NCBI GenBank assembly: GCA_005887995.1
Contig: VBJD01000027.1
Location: 1 to 52,797, forward strand
Reading direction: 5' to 3'
Source: Chloroflexota bacterium
GTDB taxonomy: Bacteria > Chloroflexota > Limnocylindria > P2-11E
DNA: 52,797 nucleotides
The notes under the pieces are model-generated. The model ran no database searches, was not told the DNA's origin, and was given only the letters and a program-made list of their open reading frames with translations. Position 1 is the first letter of the stretch, and each line of letters starts with the position of its first letter. Shown here piece after piece: positions 19,477-27,295 of the stretch. The position numbers were made by a program, and so were the translations under genes.

Positions 19477-19679
19477 TTTGTTCGCCCTTCCCGCCGACGC
19501 CGCGTCCGTCGCCTCTCACTCGGAACGCCGCCACTGGGCCCTGCTGAATGAGAGTCGGTCCGAGTGGCGGCTCGCACTCCCGTGAGCCTCGTTCGAGGCG
19601 ACCGCCGCGTCGTCGTCGTAGGCGAACTCGCGTGCCGCGCTCGTTCGGTCGCTCCGATCGCCATGTCGATTGCGCTCAT
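19470..19679 (-). other. Structured intercistronic element with 69-aa bridging ORF between tsaB and rimI
   Basis: ATG overlaps the tsaB TGA and TAG overlaps the first rimI codons. Nested stems GTTCGCC/GGCGAAC, GTCGCCTC/GAGGCGAC, GCCGCCACT/AGTGGCGGC. Confidence 0.55.
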
Positions 19680-20416
19680 GATCTTTTTGGCAACCCGAGC
19701 GCGAGGTCATCGGTGGGTGCGGGCGAGAACGGCTGATCAAAAGTCATACGGATAGACGGCTGCTTCACGTAGATCGGCTCGATCTCGCCGAGCTTCGTTT
19801 GCGGTGCGGCCTCGAGCGCCCGCCACCCCAGCTCCGCGAGATAGCCGGCGCGACGCATCCGTGACGCGGGCGACGCGAAGAGCGCCTTCGGGCCGAGGAG
19901 GTCGCGCAACAGCTGCTCCGCCTCCTCATCGATCTCGCCGACGAAGAGCGTGTGCGTGCCGATCTGCCGGCACAGCTGCGGCAGCGTCGCAGCGATGTAC
20001 GGTGAGCGACGGAGCCATTTGCGGTTCCGCTCCTGATAGATCGCCGCGTACCACTCCGTGCGACCCGCCGGCAGCAGCGCGCAGGTCCGTTGCTTCGAGG
20101 GCGCGTGCGGGTACGCGAGCACGTCCAGCGTCGAGACGCCAACGAGCGCGGCGCCCGCGCCGCGCGCGATGCCCTGCGCCGCTGCGATAGCGACGCGCAG
20201 GCCGGTGAACGATCCTGGACCTGACGCGACGGCGACGCGGTCGATGTCGGCGGCGAGGGACAGTCTCGCATCGGTGAGCATGCGCTCGATCGTCGGGAAC
20301 AGCTCATCGCCGTGACGCCGCTGCGCGTGCCACGTCGTCTCGGCGAGCACCGCGCGCCCGTCGTAGAGCGCGACAGACGCCCACGCAGTCGAGGTGTCAA
20401 GCGCCAAGAGAGTCAT
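19676..20416 (-). CDS. tsaB: t6A biosynthesis protein TsaB
   Basis: LLALDTST, GPGSFTGLRVA, EPIYV. Confidence 0.95.
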   Translation of the reverse strand: MTLLALDTSTAWASVALYDGRAVLAETTWHAQRRHGDELFPTIERMLTDARLSLAADIDRVAVASGPGSFTGLRVAIAAAQGIARGAGAALVGVSTLDVLAYPHAPSKQRTCALLPAGRTEWYAAIYQERNRKWLRRSPYIAATLPQLCRQIGTHTLFVGEIDEEAEQLLRDLLGPKALFASPASRMRRAGYLAELGWRALEAAPQTKLGEIEPIYVKQPSIRMTFDQPFSPAPTDDLALGLPKRS

Positions 20417-20903
20417 GGAACCCCCGCAGCAGCTCGCGCGACCGCGCGCCCGTCGGCTCGAGCAGCACGCGCCGCTTCGTGTCCGCGATGTGCTCGAGAT
20501 GTACGTCGAGTCGATCCGTCGGCAGCGCGTCGCCGGCGCGATCCGGCCACTCGATCACCGTGATGCCACCGCCGTCGAGCGTCTCCTCCCAGCCGGTCGA
20601 GCCGAGGTCTTGGCCTTCGAGGCGATACAGGTCGAGATGGAAGAACGGCATGCGTCCACCGTAATGCTCGCGAAGGATGATGAAGGTCGGGCTCGCGACA
20701 TCGCCGGGGTCGAGTCCGAGTCCCGCGGCGACGCCCTTCGCGAGCACGGTCTTTCCCGCGCCGAGCTCGCCCCAGAGCGCGAGGACGTCGCCCGGACGCG
20801 CGAGGCGCGCGAGCCGCTCGCCGATCCGCTCGGTGTGCAAGCTCGAATGGCTGACTAGGTCAAGCCGCTCCTCGCTCGACTTTTTGGAATCGGCGGCGCT
20901 CAA
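20397..20903 (-). CDS. tsaE: t6A biosynthesis ATPase TsaE (start uncertain, TTG 20903)
   Basis: GELGAGKT, VASPTF, HLDLYRL, VIEWP. Confidence 0.92.
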   Translation of the reverse strand: MSAADSKKSSEERLDLVSHSSLHTERIGERLARLARPGDVLALWGELGAGKTVLAKGVAAGLGLDPGDVASPTFIILREHYGGRMPFFHLDLYRLEGQDLGSTGWEETLDGGGITVIEWPDRAGDALPTDRLDVHLEHIADTKRRVLLEPTGARSRELLRGFHDSLGA

Positions 20904-21150
20904 GGATGAGCCGGATGGTAAGGCCGAGGAACGAACCCAAGAGCGCCGCCCAGACGAACATCCAGATGTCGCGCGGCAGGAAGCAGAGTGCGTCGAGCGG
21001 CGTGCCGGTACCGCAGCCAAGCGAGAACACGAGCGGCACGATCCCGAGGAGACCGATCACGTTGCGCTGGCGCTCTAGACGCCGTCGGCGTGCCGCATAG
21101 TCGAGACGCCGCTTCTCCACGTCGCGGAGGCTGCGCTTCTTCTTCGCCAT
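20860..21150 (-). CDS. Small membrane protein, 2 TM helices
   Basis: Basic N-terminus, two hydrophobic helices with a CxxxxxxxxxC loop. Coupled to the upstream gene (TGATG). Confidence 0.65.
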   Translation of the reverse strand: MAKKKRSLRDVEKRRLDYAARRRRLERQRNVIGLLGIVPLVFSLGCGTGTPLDALCFLPRDIWMFVWAALLGSFLGLTIRLILERRRFQKVERGAA

Positions 21151-22169
21151 CAGACGGGTTCAAGAGTGCGGAGGTTGCCGGTCGGTACGGTGCCCACCGC
21201 TGTTTCGAGCGCGTTCGCGACGACCTCACTGGTGAAGGTCACTTCGTGCGCCGGCGACGCCGAACCCTCGATCGGCATGACCGCGCCCCAGTCCGGCGCG
21301 AGCGCGAGCGTCGGCGCGATCGTCGGCACGGCCATGACACCCGACGACGCGAAGACGAAGAGCCGCGCAGACGCTGCGTGTATCGCGGCGCGCGCGCCGA
21401 CGAGGGGCAAGAACGGCGAGAAGACTTCGGCCGGAAGCTGCGACGTTCCGAAGCCGAGAAGGCAGAGCACCGTCGGGGTGTCGGCGACGGGCGCCGCGCC
21501 GCGCGCGGAGACCTCATCGCCGAAGAGCGTTCGGAGGCCCGCCGCGGGCACCGCACCGGTGACGATCCCGGCGACGCCGCAGGCGTGCGCGCGCGCGATC
21601 GCCTCTGCCGCGCTTCGGCCGCCGCCGATGAGGATCCGGTCACGCAAGCGGACGTCGATACGCGACGGCGCGAGCTCGTCGGCGCGGCCGTCGACGGCGA
21701 GCGTGAGCTCCCCGACCGCATCGGGCCCGTACGCGACGACGCCCTGGATCGCCCATGCCGCGCCCTCGATGGTGATCGCCCAATCCGTCGACTCCATGAC
21801 GACGCCGTCCAGGGCCGCGCGGACCGACCAGCGATCGATCACCGGCGCGAACTCGAGATCACCGTTCGCACGCACGTGGACGATCCGGCCGTCGAACGGC
21901 GCGCTCAGGGCACGCGCGAACCGGCGCCCGGTGCGCGCGATGATCGCGCCCCGCTCGAGCTCCGCACCAGGTGGCACGCGCATCACCTGCGGGAGGTCGA
22001 CCGGCGCGACGCCGAGGCGGCGCGCGCCCAAAAGACGAACGGGCTCGCCAAACGTCGTCCCATTGGCCACGACCTCGCCGGCGCGGACCCGCTGACCGAC
22101 GGCGGCACGCTGCGACGCGCCGAGCGGCAGGGATTGCCTTACACGCTGATCGGCGAAGCGCCAACTCAT
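21150..22169 (-). CDS. Conserved hypothetical protein of the type usually adjacent to GlmL-like genes
   Basis: VGQRVRAGEVVA, APFDGRI (barrel-sandwich-hybrid-like), IQGVVAYG..VGEL, ILIGGG, GVAGIVTG, LLGFG. Family assignment from recall. Confidence 0.7.
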   Translation of the reverse strand: MSWRFADQRVRQSLPLGASQRAAVGQRVRAGEVVANGTTFGEPVRLLGARRLGVAPVDLPQVMRVPPGAELERGAIIARTGRRFARALSAPFDGRIVHVRANGDLEFAPVIDRWSVRAALDGVVMESTDWAITIEGAAWAIQGVVAYGPDAVGELTLAVDGRADELAPSRIDVRLRDRILIGGGRSAAEAIARAHACGVAGIVTGAVPAAGLRTLFGDEVSARGAAPVADTPTVLCLLGFGTSQLPAEVFSPFLPLVGARAAIHAASARLFVFASSGVMAVPTIAPTLALAPDWGAVMPIEGSASPAHEVTFTSEVVANALETAVGTVPTGNLRTLEPV

Positions 22170-22170
22170 C

Positions 22171-22272
22171 TCAACCGCTCGTTGTCACTCGCGAGGAGGA
22201 CTCGCTCACGCTCGCTTCGCTCGCTGAACAGGGGCCCCTCCCCCTGAGCCGCTCGTCGCTCGACTTTCTCAT
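22171..22272 (-). mobile_element. MIRU-like insert with 33-aa coupling mini-ORF (MRKSSDERLRGRGPCSASEASVSESSSRVTTSG) and ATGAG duplication
   Basis: ATG overlaps the GlmL-like TGA and the mini-ORF TGA lies 1 nt before the next ATG. ATGAG at both ends. Contains the 31-bp repeat core. Confidence 0.72.
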
Positions 22273-23687
22273 ACCAGTCCCTCGGACGAGAGCGCGGTGA
22301 GCGCGGAGTGCCAGCGGGCGAGTGCCGGAAGTCGCTCGGCGTCACGCTGCGGCAGATCGAGCGGTCGGCCGCGCACGTCGACGATGACGCCCAGTGCGAG
22401 CGCGTCGGCGCTCGCGGTCTCCGCCGAACCGCCGACCCGGAGATCGACGCGGCCCGTCGTCGGCATGAGCAGGAACGCTCCGCGCGTGATCCGTTGCTCG
22501 ATCGTGCCGGTCGCGTCGCTCACCGTCAGCGTCATCGCACGGCGTGGCCACAACGTCATCGCGATCGCGAGCGGCTCGATACGCCCCGCGATGTCGGCGC
22601 TGCCGCGCGACGCGATCGCGCCCGCGGCGATCAGCGCATCTGGCGCCTCGCGCGAGAGGCGTGTCGTGCCGCGCGTCTCGAGGGCGTCGATCGCGACGAT
22701 CGCGCATTGCGCGGCACGCGGGAAGCGCGCGATCCGGCCGGTGCACACGATCGCGCGCGCGGCGCGGAACGGCGCGACCGAGATCCCACTGCGCTCCGCG
22801 TCGCGCAGCGTGTGTGCGACGGCCTCGCGCGCGAGCGCCATCTCGAGCGCGAGCGTGAGCGTCGTTGCGGGCACCGCGTCGGGCCAGCGCGCGCGATTGA
22901 AGACGCGTTCGAGGAGCGCCGGCCCATCGACCGCGCGCGGCACCCAGCGACGGACGCGGTCGAGCCCGGCGCGCGCGACCACGCGGTCGGCATTCGTGCC
23001 AACGCCGAGATGCGAGTGGAGCGCGATGACCGCGCCAGTAGGTGTCGCGAGCGCGAGCGACGTGCTCGCGCCGCTCACGTCCAGCACAAGCGTGTCACGC
23101 ATATCCGCGGCCGCGACCGCACGCGCCGCGCTCTCGACCGCCTCGTCGCGCAAAACGATGTCACCGGCTGGCCGGCGCATCCCGCGAAGTCGAGCGACGA
23201 TCCCCTCCCTCGCGAGAGCGGCGGTCGGTCCGGGGATCGCCTCAAGGGCGAGCGGCGCGAGGCTCGGTGCGATGCGTGCTCGGGTGCGCTCGTCGGACGC
23301 GATGAGGACGACGGGCGGTTTTGGACGGCCGGCGGTGGCGGCCCGCAGCGCTTCGACGACATCGATGACGCCGTTCTGATCGCGGCTGCCCGCGACGATG
23401 AGCACCGCATCGGGATCGGCTTCGCGGATCGCGGTCGCGCGCTCGATGAACGACTCGCGCCCGTTCGCGGCGAGCGTGAGCACGATGTCGGCGCACGCGC
23501 CAAGGGCTGCCGCGCTCGCCGCCGCGCGATCAGCGTTCTCGCGGCCGACGACGAGCGCCAAGCGAAGCGGCGTGCCGGTCCAGACGCGAAGGTCAGCGGC
23601 GTCAGTACGTGGGCCGATGCGTTTCGCGGAACCCTCGTGCGCGACGTCGACCGTGGCGACGAGCCCGGTCGCGGTCGCGACGGTCAT
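22269..23687 (-). CDS. Divergent glutamate mutase L (GlmL)-like, actin/Hsp70-fold protein
   Basis: LVLDVSGASTS (phosphate-2-like), C-terminal GVIVDVRGRPL..ERLPALARW typical of the family. N-terminal phosphate-1 motif degenerate. Confidence 0.7.
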   Translation of the reverse strand: MTVATATGLVATVDVAHEGSAKRIGPRTDAADLRVWTGTPLRLALVVGRENADRAAASAAALGACADIVLTLAANGRESFIERATAIREADPDAVLIVAGSRDQNGVIDVVEALRAATAGRPKPPVVLIASDERTRARIAPSLAPLALEAIPGPTAALAREGIVARLRGMRRPAGDIVLRDEAVESAARAVAAADMRDTLVLDVSGASTSLALATPTGAVIALHSHLGVGTNADRVVARAGLDRVRRWVPRAVDGPALLERVFNRARWPDAVPATTLTLALEMALAREAVAHTLRDAERSGISVAPFRAARAIVCTGRIARFPRAAQCAIVAIDALETRGTTRLSREAPDALIAAGAIASRGSADIAGRIEPLAIAMTLWPRRAMTLTVSDATGTIEQRITRGAFLLMPTTGRVDLRVGGSAETASADALALGVIVDVRGRPLDLPQRDAERLPALARWHSALTALSSEGLV

Positions 23688-23702
23688 TTCAACTCGCTCG
23701 GC

Positions 23703-24395
23703 TCATGTGTTCGAGCGGATCGGCGAGCGACGCGCCTCTGCCACGAACGCGTCGAAGATGCGAGCCGCTGCCTTCCCCACTTCAGCCTTTCGCTCGGGAT
23801 GCCACTGAACGCCGATGACCCAGCGGTGCGTCGGCGACTCGAACGCTTCGACGAGTCCGTCGTGCAGCACCGTCGCCCGCAGCCCGGGCGCGAGACGATC
23901 GGGCGTCACCGCCTGGTGATGGCGCGAGTTCACGAGCATGTCGTCCGTGCCGGAGAACTCCGCGAGCCTCGATCCTGCGCGCGCGGCGAGACGGTGCGGG
24001 GTGACCTGCTCGTCCTTCGCCTGATGGCCCTTCACGTCCATGGCGAGCGTGCCGCCCATGGCGACGTTGACGAGCTGGAACCCGCGGCAGATCGCGAGCA
24101 CCGGGACGTCGGCATCGAGCGCGCGACGCGCGAGCAAGAGCTCGAGCTCGTCGCGCTCAGGGATGACGTTCTCGCACAGGTTGTCGCTGTCGACCTCGCC
24201 GTAGCGGTCCGGCGCGATGTCGCCGCCGCCCGAGCAGCAAACACCGTCGATGTCGGAGGGGATCGCGTCGCCCGGCTCGATCACGATGACGTCCGCGCCG
24301 GCGTCGCGCAGCGCGTCGATGTAGCGCTGGCGCGCCGCGAGGTTCGCCGGCGTGCGTACGGCCGAGACGGTGAGGGCGATCCGGGGCCGTGACAT
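23703..24395 (-). CDS. Peptidase C26 / gamma-glutamyl-GABA hydrolase family glutamine amidotransferase
   Basis: SGGGDI, VLAICRGFQ, VNSRHHQAV, GVQWHPE. ATG 24395 preceded by TAGCAT-N7. Confidence 0.92.
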   Translation of the reverse strand: MSRPRIALTVSAVRTPANLAARQRYIDALRDAGADVIVIEPGDAIPSDIDGVCCSGGGDIAPDRYGEVDSDNLCENVIPERDELELLLARRALDADVPVLAICRGFQLVNVAMGGTLAMDVKGHQAKDEQVTPHRLAARAGSRLAEFSGTDDMLVNSRHHQAVTPDRLAPGLRATVLHDGLVEAFESPTHRWVIGVQWHPERKAEVGKAAARIFDAFVAEARRSPIRSNT

Positions 24396-24405
24396 CACTT
24401 CAATG

Positions 24406-24825
24406 CTAGGCGTTGGAACGCTGGAGCAGCTCGACCAGTACGCCACCGCTCGCGCGCGGATGGAGGAACGCGACCAGGCCGTCAATACCGCGGCGAGGTG
24501 CGCGATCGACCAGCTCTACCCCGGACGCGACCAGACGCTCGAGGGCAGCGGCGAGGTCGTCGACCTCGAAGCAGAGGTGATGCATCGTCGCGCGTCCGCG
24601 GTCGGCGAGGAAGCGAGCGATGCCTGAGCTCGAATCGGTCGGCTCGAGCAGCTCGACGCGAGACTGGCCGCGCGTCGCGAAGACGACGCGGACACGCTGG
24701 TCCGCGACAAAGTGCTGTCGTCCGATCGTGTAGCCGAGCGTGTCGCGGTAGAACGGGATCGCCTCCGTGAGCGACGGCACGACGACGCCGATGTGGTGGA
24801 GCGGACCGGACTCGATGGTGCTCAA
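24406..24825 (-). CDS. mce: Methylmalonyl-CoA epimerase
   Basis: [34 protein letters not shown]. Coupled to the mutase. Confidence 0.92.
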   Translation of the reverse strand: MSTIESGPLHHIGVVVPSLTEAIPFYRDTLGYTIGRQHFVADQRVRVVFATRGQSRVELLEPTDSSSGIARFLADRGRATMHHLCFEVDDLAAALERLVASGVELVDRAPRRGIDGLVAFLHPRASGGVLVELLQRSNA

Positions 24826-26423
24826 GCGCGCCGCGCGTCGTGGACGCCGAAGACGCCGCGCAGATCCTCGCTGATCTCGCCGAGCGTCACGCCCGCGCGC
24901 GCGGCCGCGACGATGAGCGGCACGAGGTTCGCGGTGCCTCGCGCGGCCGTCACCAGGTCCTCTTGTGCCCGCTTGGCCGCGATGCCGTCCCGCTTCGCGC
25001 GGAACGCCCGCACCTCTTCGGCGCGCCGCCGCGCGAGCGCCTCATCGACGCGGAGCAGCTGGGGCGCCTGCTCGTCCCCCTCGGTGCGGTAGGCGTTCAC
25101 GCCGACGACGATCTGCTCCTTGCTCTCGACGGCACGCTGCTGGCGGTAGGCCGAATCTTCGATCTCCCGCATCTGGTAGCCGTTCTCGATCCCGCGGAGC
25201 GCACCACCGAGGGAATCGATCTTCGCGATCTCCTCGTGCACGCGGCGTTCGATGTCGGCGGTGAGGGACTCGACGGCATACGCGCCGCCCAGCGGATCGA
25301 TGGTGTCGGCGACGCCCGACTCCTCGGCGATGATCTGCTGCGTCCGCAGCGCGATGCGCGCCGACTCTTCGGTCGGGAGCGCGAGCGCCTCGTCGTACGC
25401 GTTCGTGTGCAGCGACTGCGTGCCGCCGAGCACCGCGGCGAGGCCTTCGATCGCGGTACGCACGATGTTGTTGAGCGGCTGCTGCGCGGTGAGCGTGCTG
25501 CCCATGGTCTGCGTGTGGAAGCGCAGCGTGAGCGAGCTCGGATCCTTCGCGCCGAAGCGGTCGCGCATGACCGCCGCCCAGACGCGGCGCGCCGCCCGGA
25601 ACTTCGCGACCTCTTCGATGAGCGTCGAGTGCGCCGCGAAGAAGAAGGAGAGCTGCGGCGCGAACCGGTCGACGGCGAGCCCGCGTGAGGCCGCGCTTTC
25701 GACGTACGCGATCGCGTCGGCGAACGTGAACGCGAGCTCCTGCACCGCGCTCGCACCGGCCTCGCGGATGTGGTAGCCGGAGATGGAGATCGGGTTCCAG
25801 CGCGGCAGCGTGTCCGCGGCGTAGGCGATGAGGTCGGTCGCGAGTCGCATCGACGGGCGCGGCGGATAGATGTATGTGCCGCGAGCGATGTACTCCTTGA
25901 GGATGTCGTTCTGCGTCGTACCGCCGATGCGTTCCGCCGGCACGCCCTGCTTCTGGGCGACCGCGACGTAGAGCGCGAGTAGGATGGGCGCGGTCGCGTT
26001 GATGGTCATCGACGTCGTCACGTCGGCGAGTGGGATACCGGTGAAGAGATGCTCCATGTCCTCGACGCTCGCGATGGAGACGCCGACCTTGCCGACCTCG
26101 CCGACGACTCGCGGGTCATCCGGGTCGTAGCCCATCTGCGTCGGGAGGTCGAACGCGACGGAGAGCCCGGTCTGTCCATGCGCGAGCAGCGAGCGGAACC
26201 GCGCGTTCGTATCCAGAGCGGTCCCGAACCCGGCGTACTGGCGCATCGTCCAAAGCCGACCGCGATACATCGTCGGCTGCACGCCGCGCGTGTACGGCGG
26301 CTCGCCTGGCAGACCCGCGGAGGTCGCGGCCTCGCGGTACGCGTCGTCGTCCTGGTACGTCGTCGGGAGCGGCGCGCCATACGTCGTGTGGAACTTCTTA
26401 CGTTCCTCGACGCGCTTCTTCAC
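24822..26423 (-). CDS. Methylmalonyl-CoA mutase, substrate-binding (large) subunit, no B12 domain
   Basis: [61 protein letters not shown]. Confidence 0.95.
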   Translation of the reverse strand: MKKRVEERKKFHTTYGAPLPTTYQDDDAYREAATSAGLPGEPPYTRGVQPTMYRGRLWTMRQYAGFGTALDTNARFRSLLAHGQTGLSVAFDLPTQMGYDPDDPRVVGEVGKVGVSIASVEDMEHLFTGIPLADVTTSMTINATAPILLALYVAVAQKQGVPAERIGGTTQNDILKEYIARGTYIYPPRPSMRLATDLIAYAADTLPRWNPISISGYHIREAGASAVQELAFTFADAIAYVESAASRGLAVDRFAPQLSFFFAAHSTLIEEVAKFRAARRVWAAVMRDRFGAKDPSSLTLRFHTQTMGSTLTAQQPLNNIVRTAIEGLAAVLGGTQSLHTNAYDEALALPTEESARIALRTQQIIAEESGVADTIDPLGGAYAVESLTADIERRVHEEIAKIDSLGGALRGIENGYQMREIEDSAYRQQRAVESKEQIVVGVNAYRTEGDEQAPQLLRVDEALARRRAEEVRAFRAKRDGIAAKRAQEDLVTAARGTANLVPLIVAAARAGVTLGEISEDLRGVFGVHDARRA

Positions 26424-26452
26424 TATGCGATGGTAGGCCGGTCAACGCGGAG

Positions 26453-27295
26453 TCAGTTCTCGGTCGTCGTCCAGAGACGCCACTCGCCGCTCTCGAAGAT
26501 CAGATAGCAGATGTATCCGGTCACGCGCGCCCCGTTCTGATCCGCGACGTCCGCGGAGTAGCGCACCTCGACGGTCGCGAAGCCTTGGTCCGACTCGACA
26601 ACGGGACCGATCGCCTGACGTCGCATCGCGGTGATGCGCCGACCGGTCGCGGCGGACTGCGTCTGCCACGCATCGACGAACTGCGCCGCGGTGTAGTTGT
26701 CGTGCACCGCGAGGCTCGTGACCGCGTACAGGGCGAGCGGATCGTCGGCGATGAGCGCGTGCTCCATCCGATCGAGGACGCTGCCGAGCGGCCCGGAGTC
26801 CGGCGGCCTCGCCGCGATCGTGTAGCTCTTCCCGTCTGCGCTGAAGATGACGTCAGCCGCGTGCGCGTCCGGATCGATCGCACCGCGGAGGGAGACCGTC
26901 ACCTTGCGGGTTGAACTTGCGCCGGTCTCGGTGTAATCCATGGAGCCGCCGTACGAGACCTGCATCGGTGGGGAGAGCGACGAGATCGTCGCACGCACCT
27001 CGAAGCCGCCGCCGTACACGCCGTTCTCGAGATCGACGTGGAAGTGGCCGCGGTCGACGGCGTTGGCGGCGAGCTCGATAGCGAGGCTGTTGCCCGTCGC
27101 GGGATCGCGGAAGGTCACGACGCGCGAGCTCGCGGTTGGCGACGGGGTCAGGTTCGGCGTGCTCACCGGGACGAAGGACACCGGGGCGAGTGTCGCCGGC
27201 GCGGCGATCGAAGGCGTGGGCGTCGCGCCGCCGCGCGCGATATCGCCGCACGACACGAAGAGCAACGCGACGGCGACGAGCGGCCCCGGCTTCAA
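26453..27295 (-). CDS. Putative lipoprotein of unknown function
   Basis: TTG overlaps the acylase stop (TTGA). Signal with FVSC lipobox-like site, Pro/Thr linker, C-terminal alpha/beta domain ending FESGEWRL. Confidence 0.7.
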   Translation of the reverse strand: MKPGPLVAVALLFVSCGDIARGGATPTPSIAAPATLAPVSFVPVSTPNLTPSPTASSRVVTFRDPATGNSLAIELAANAVDRGHFHVDLENGVYGGGFEVRATISSLSPPMQVSYGGSMDYTETGASSTRKVTVSLRGAIDPDAHAADVIFSADGKSYTIAARPPDSGPLGSVLDRMEHALIADDPLALYAVTSLAVHDNYTAAQFVDAWQTQSAATGRRITAMRRQAIGPVVESDQGFATVEVRYSADVADQNGARVTGYICYLIFESGEWRLWTTTEN

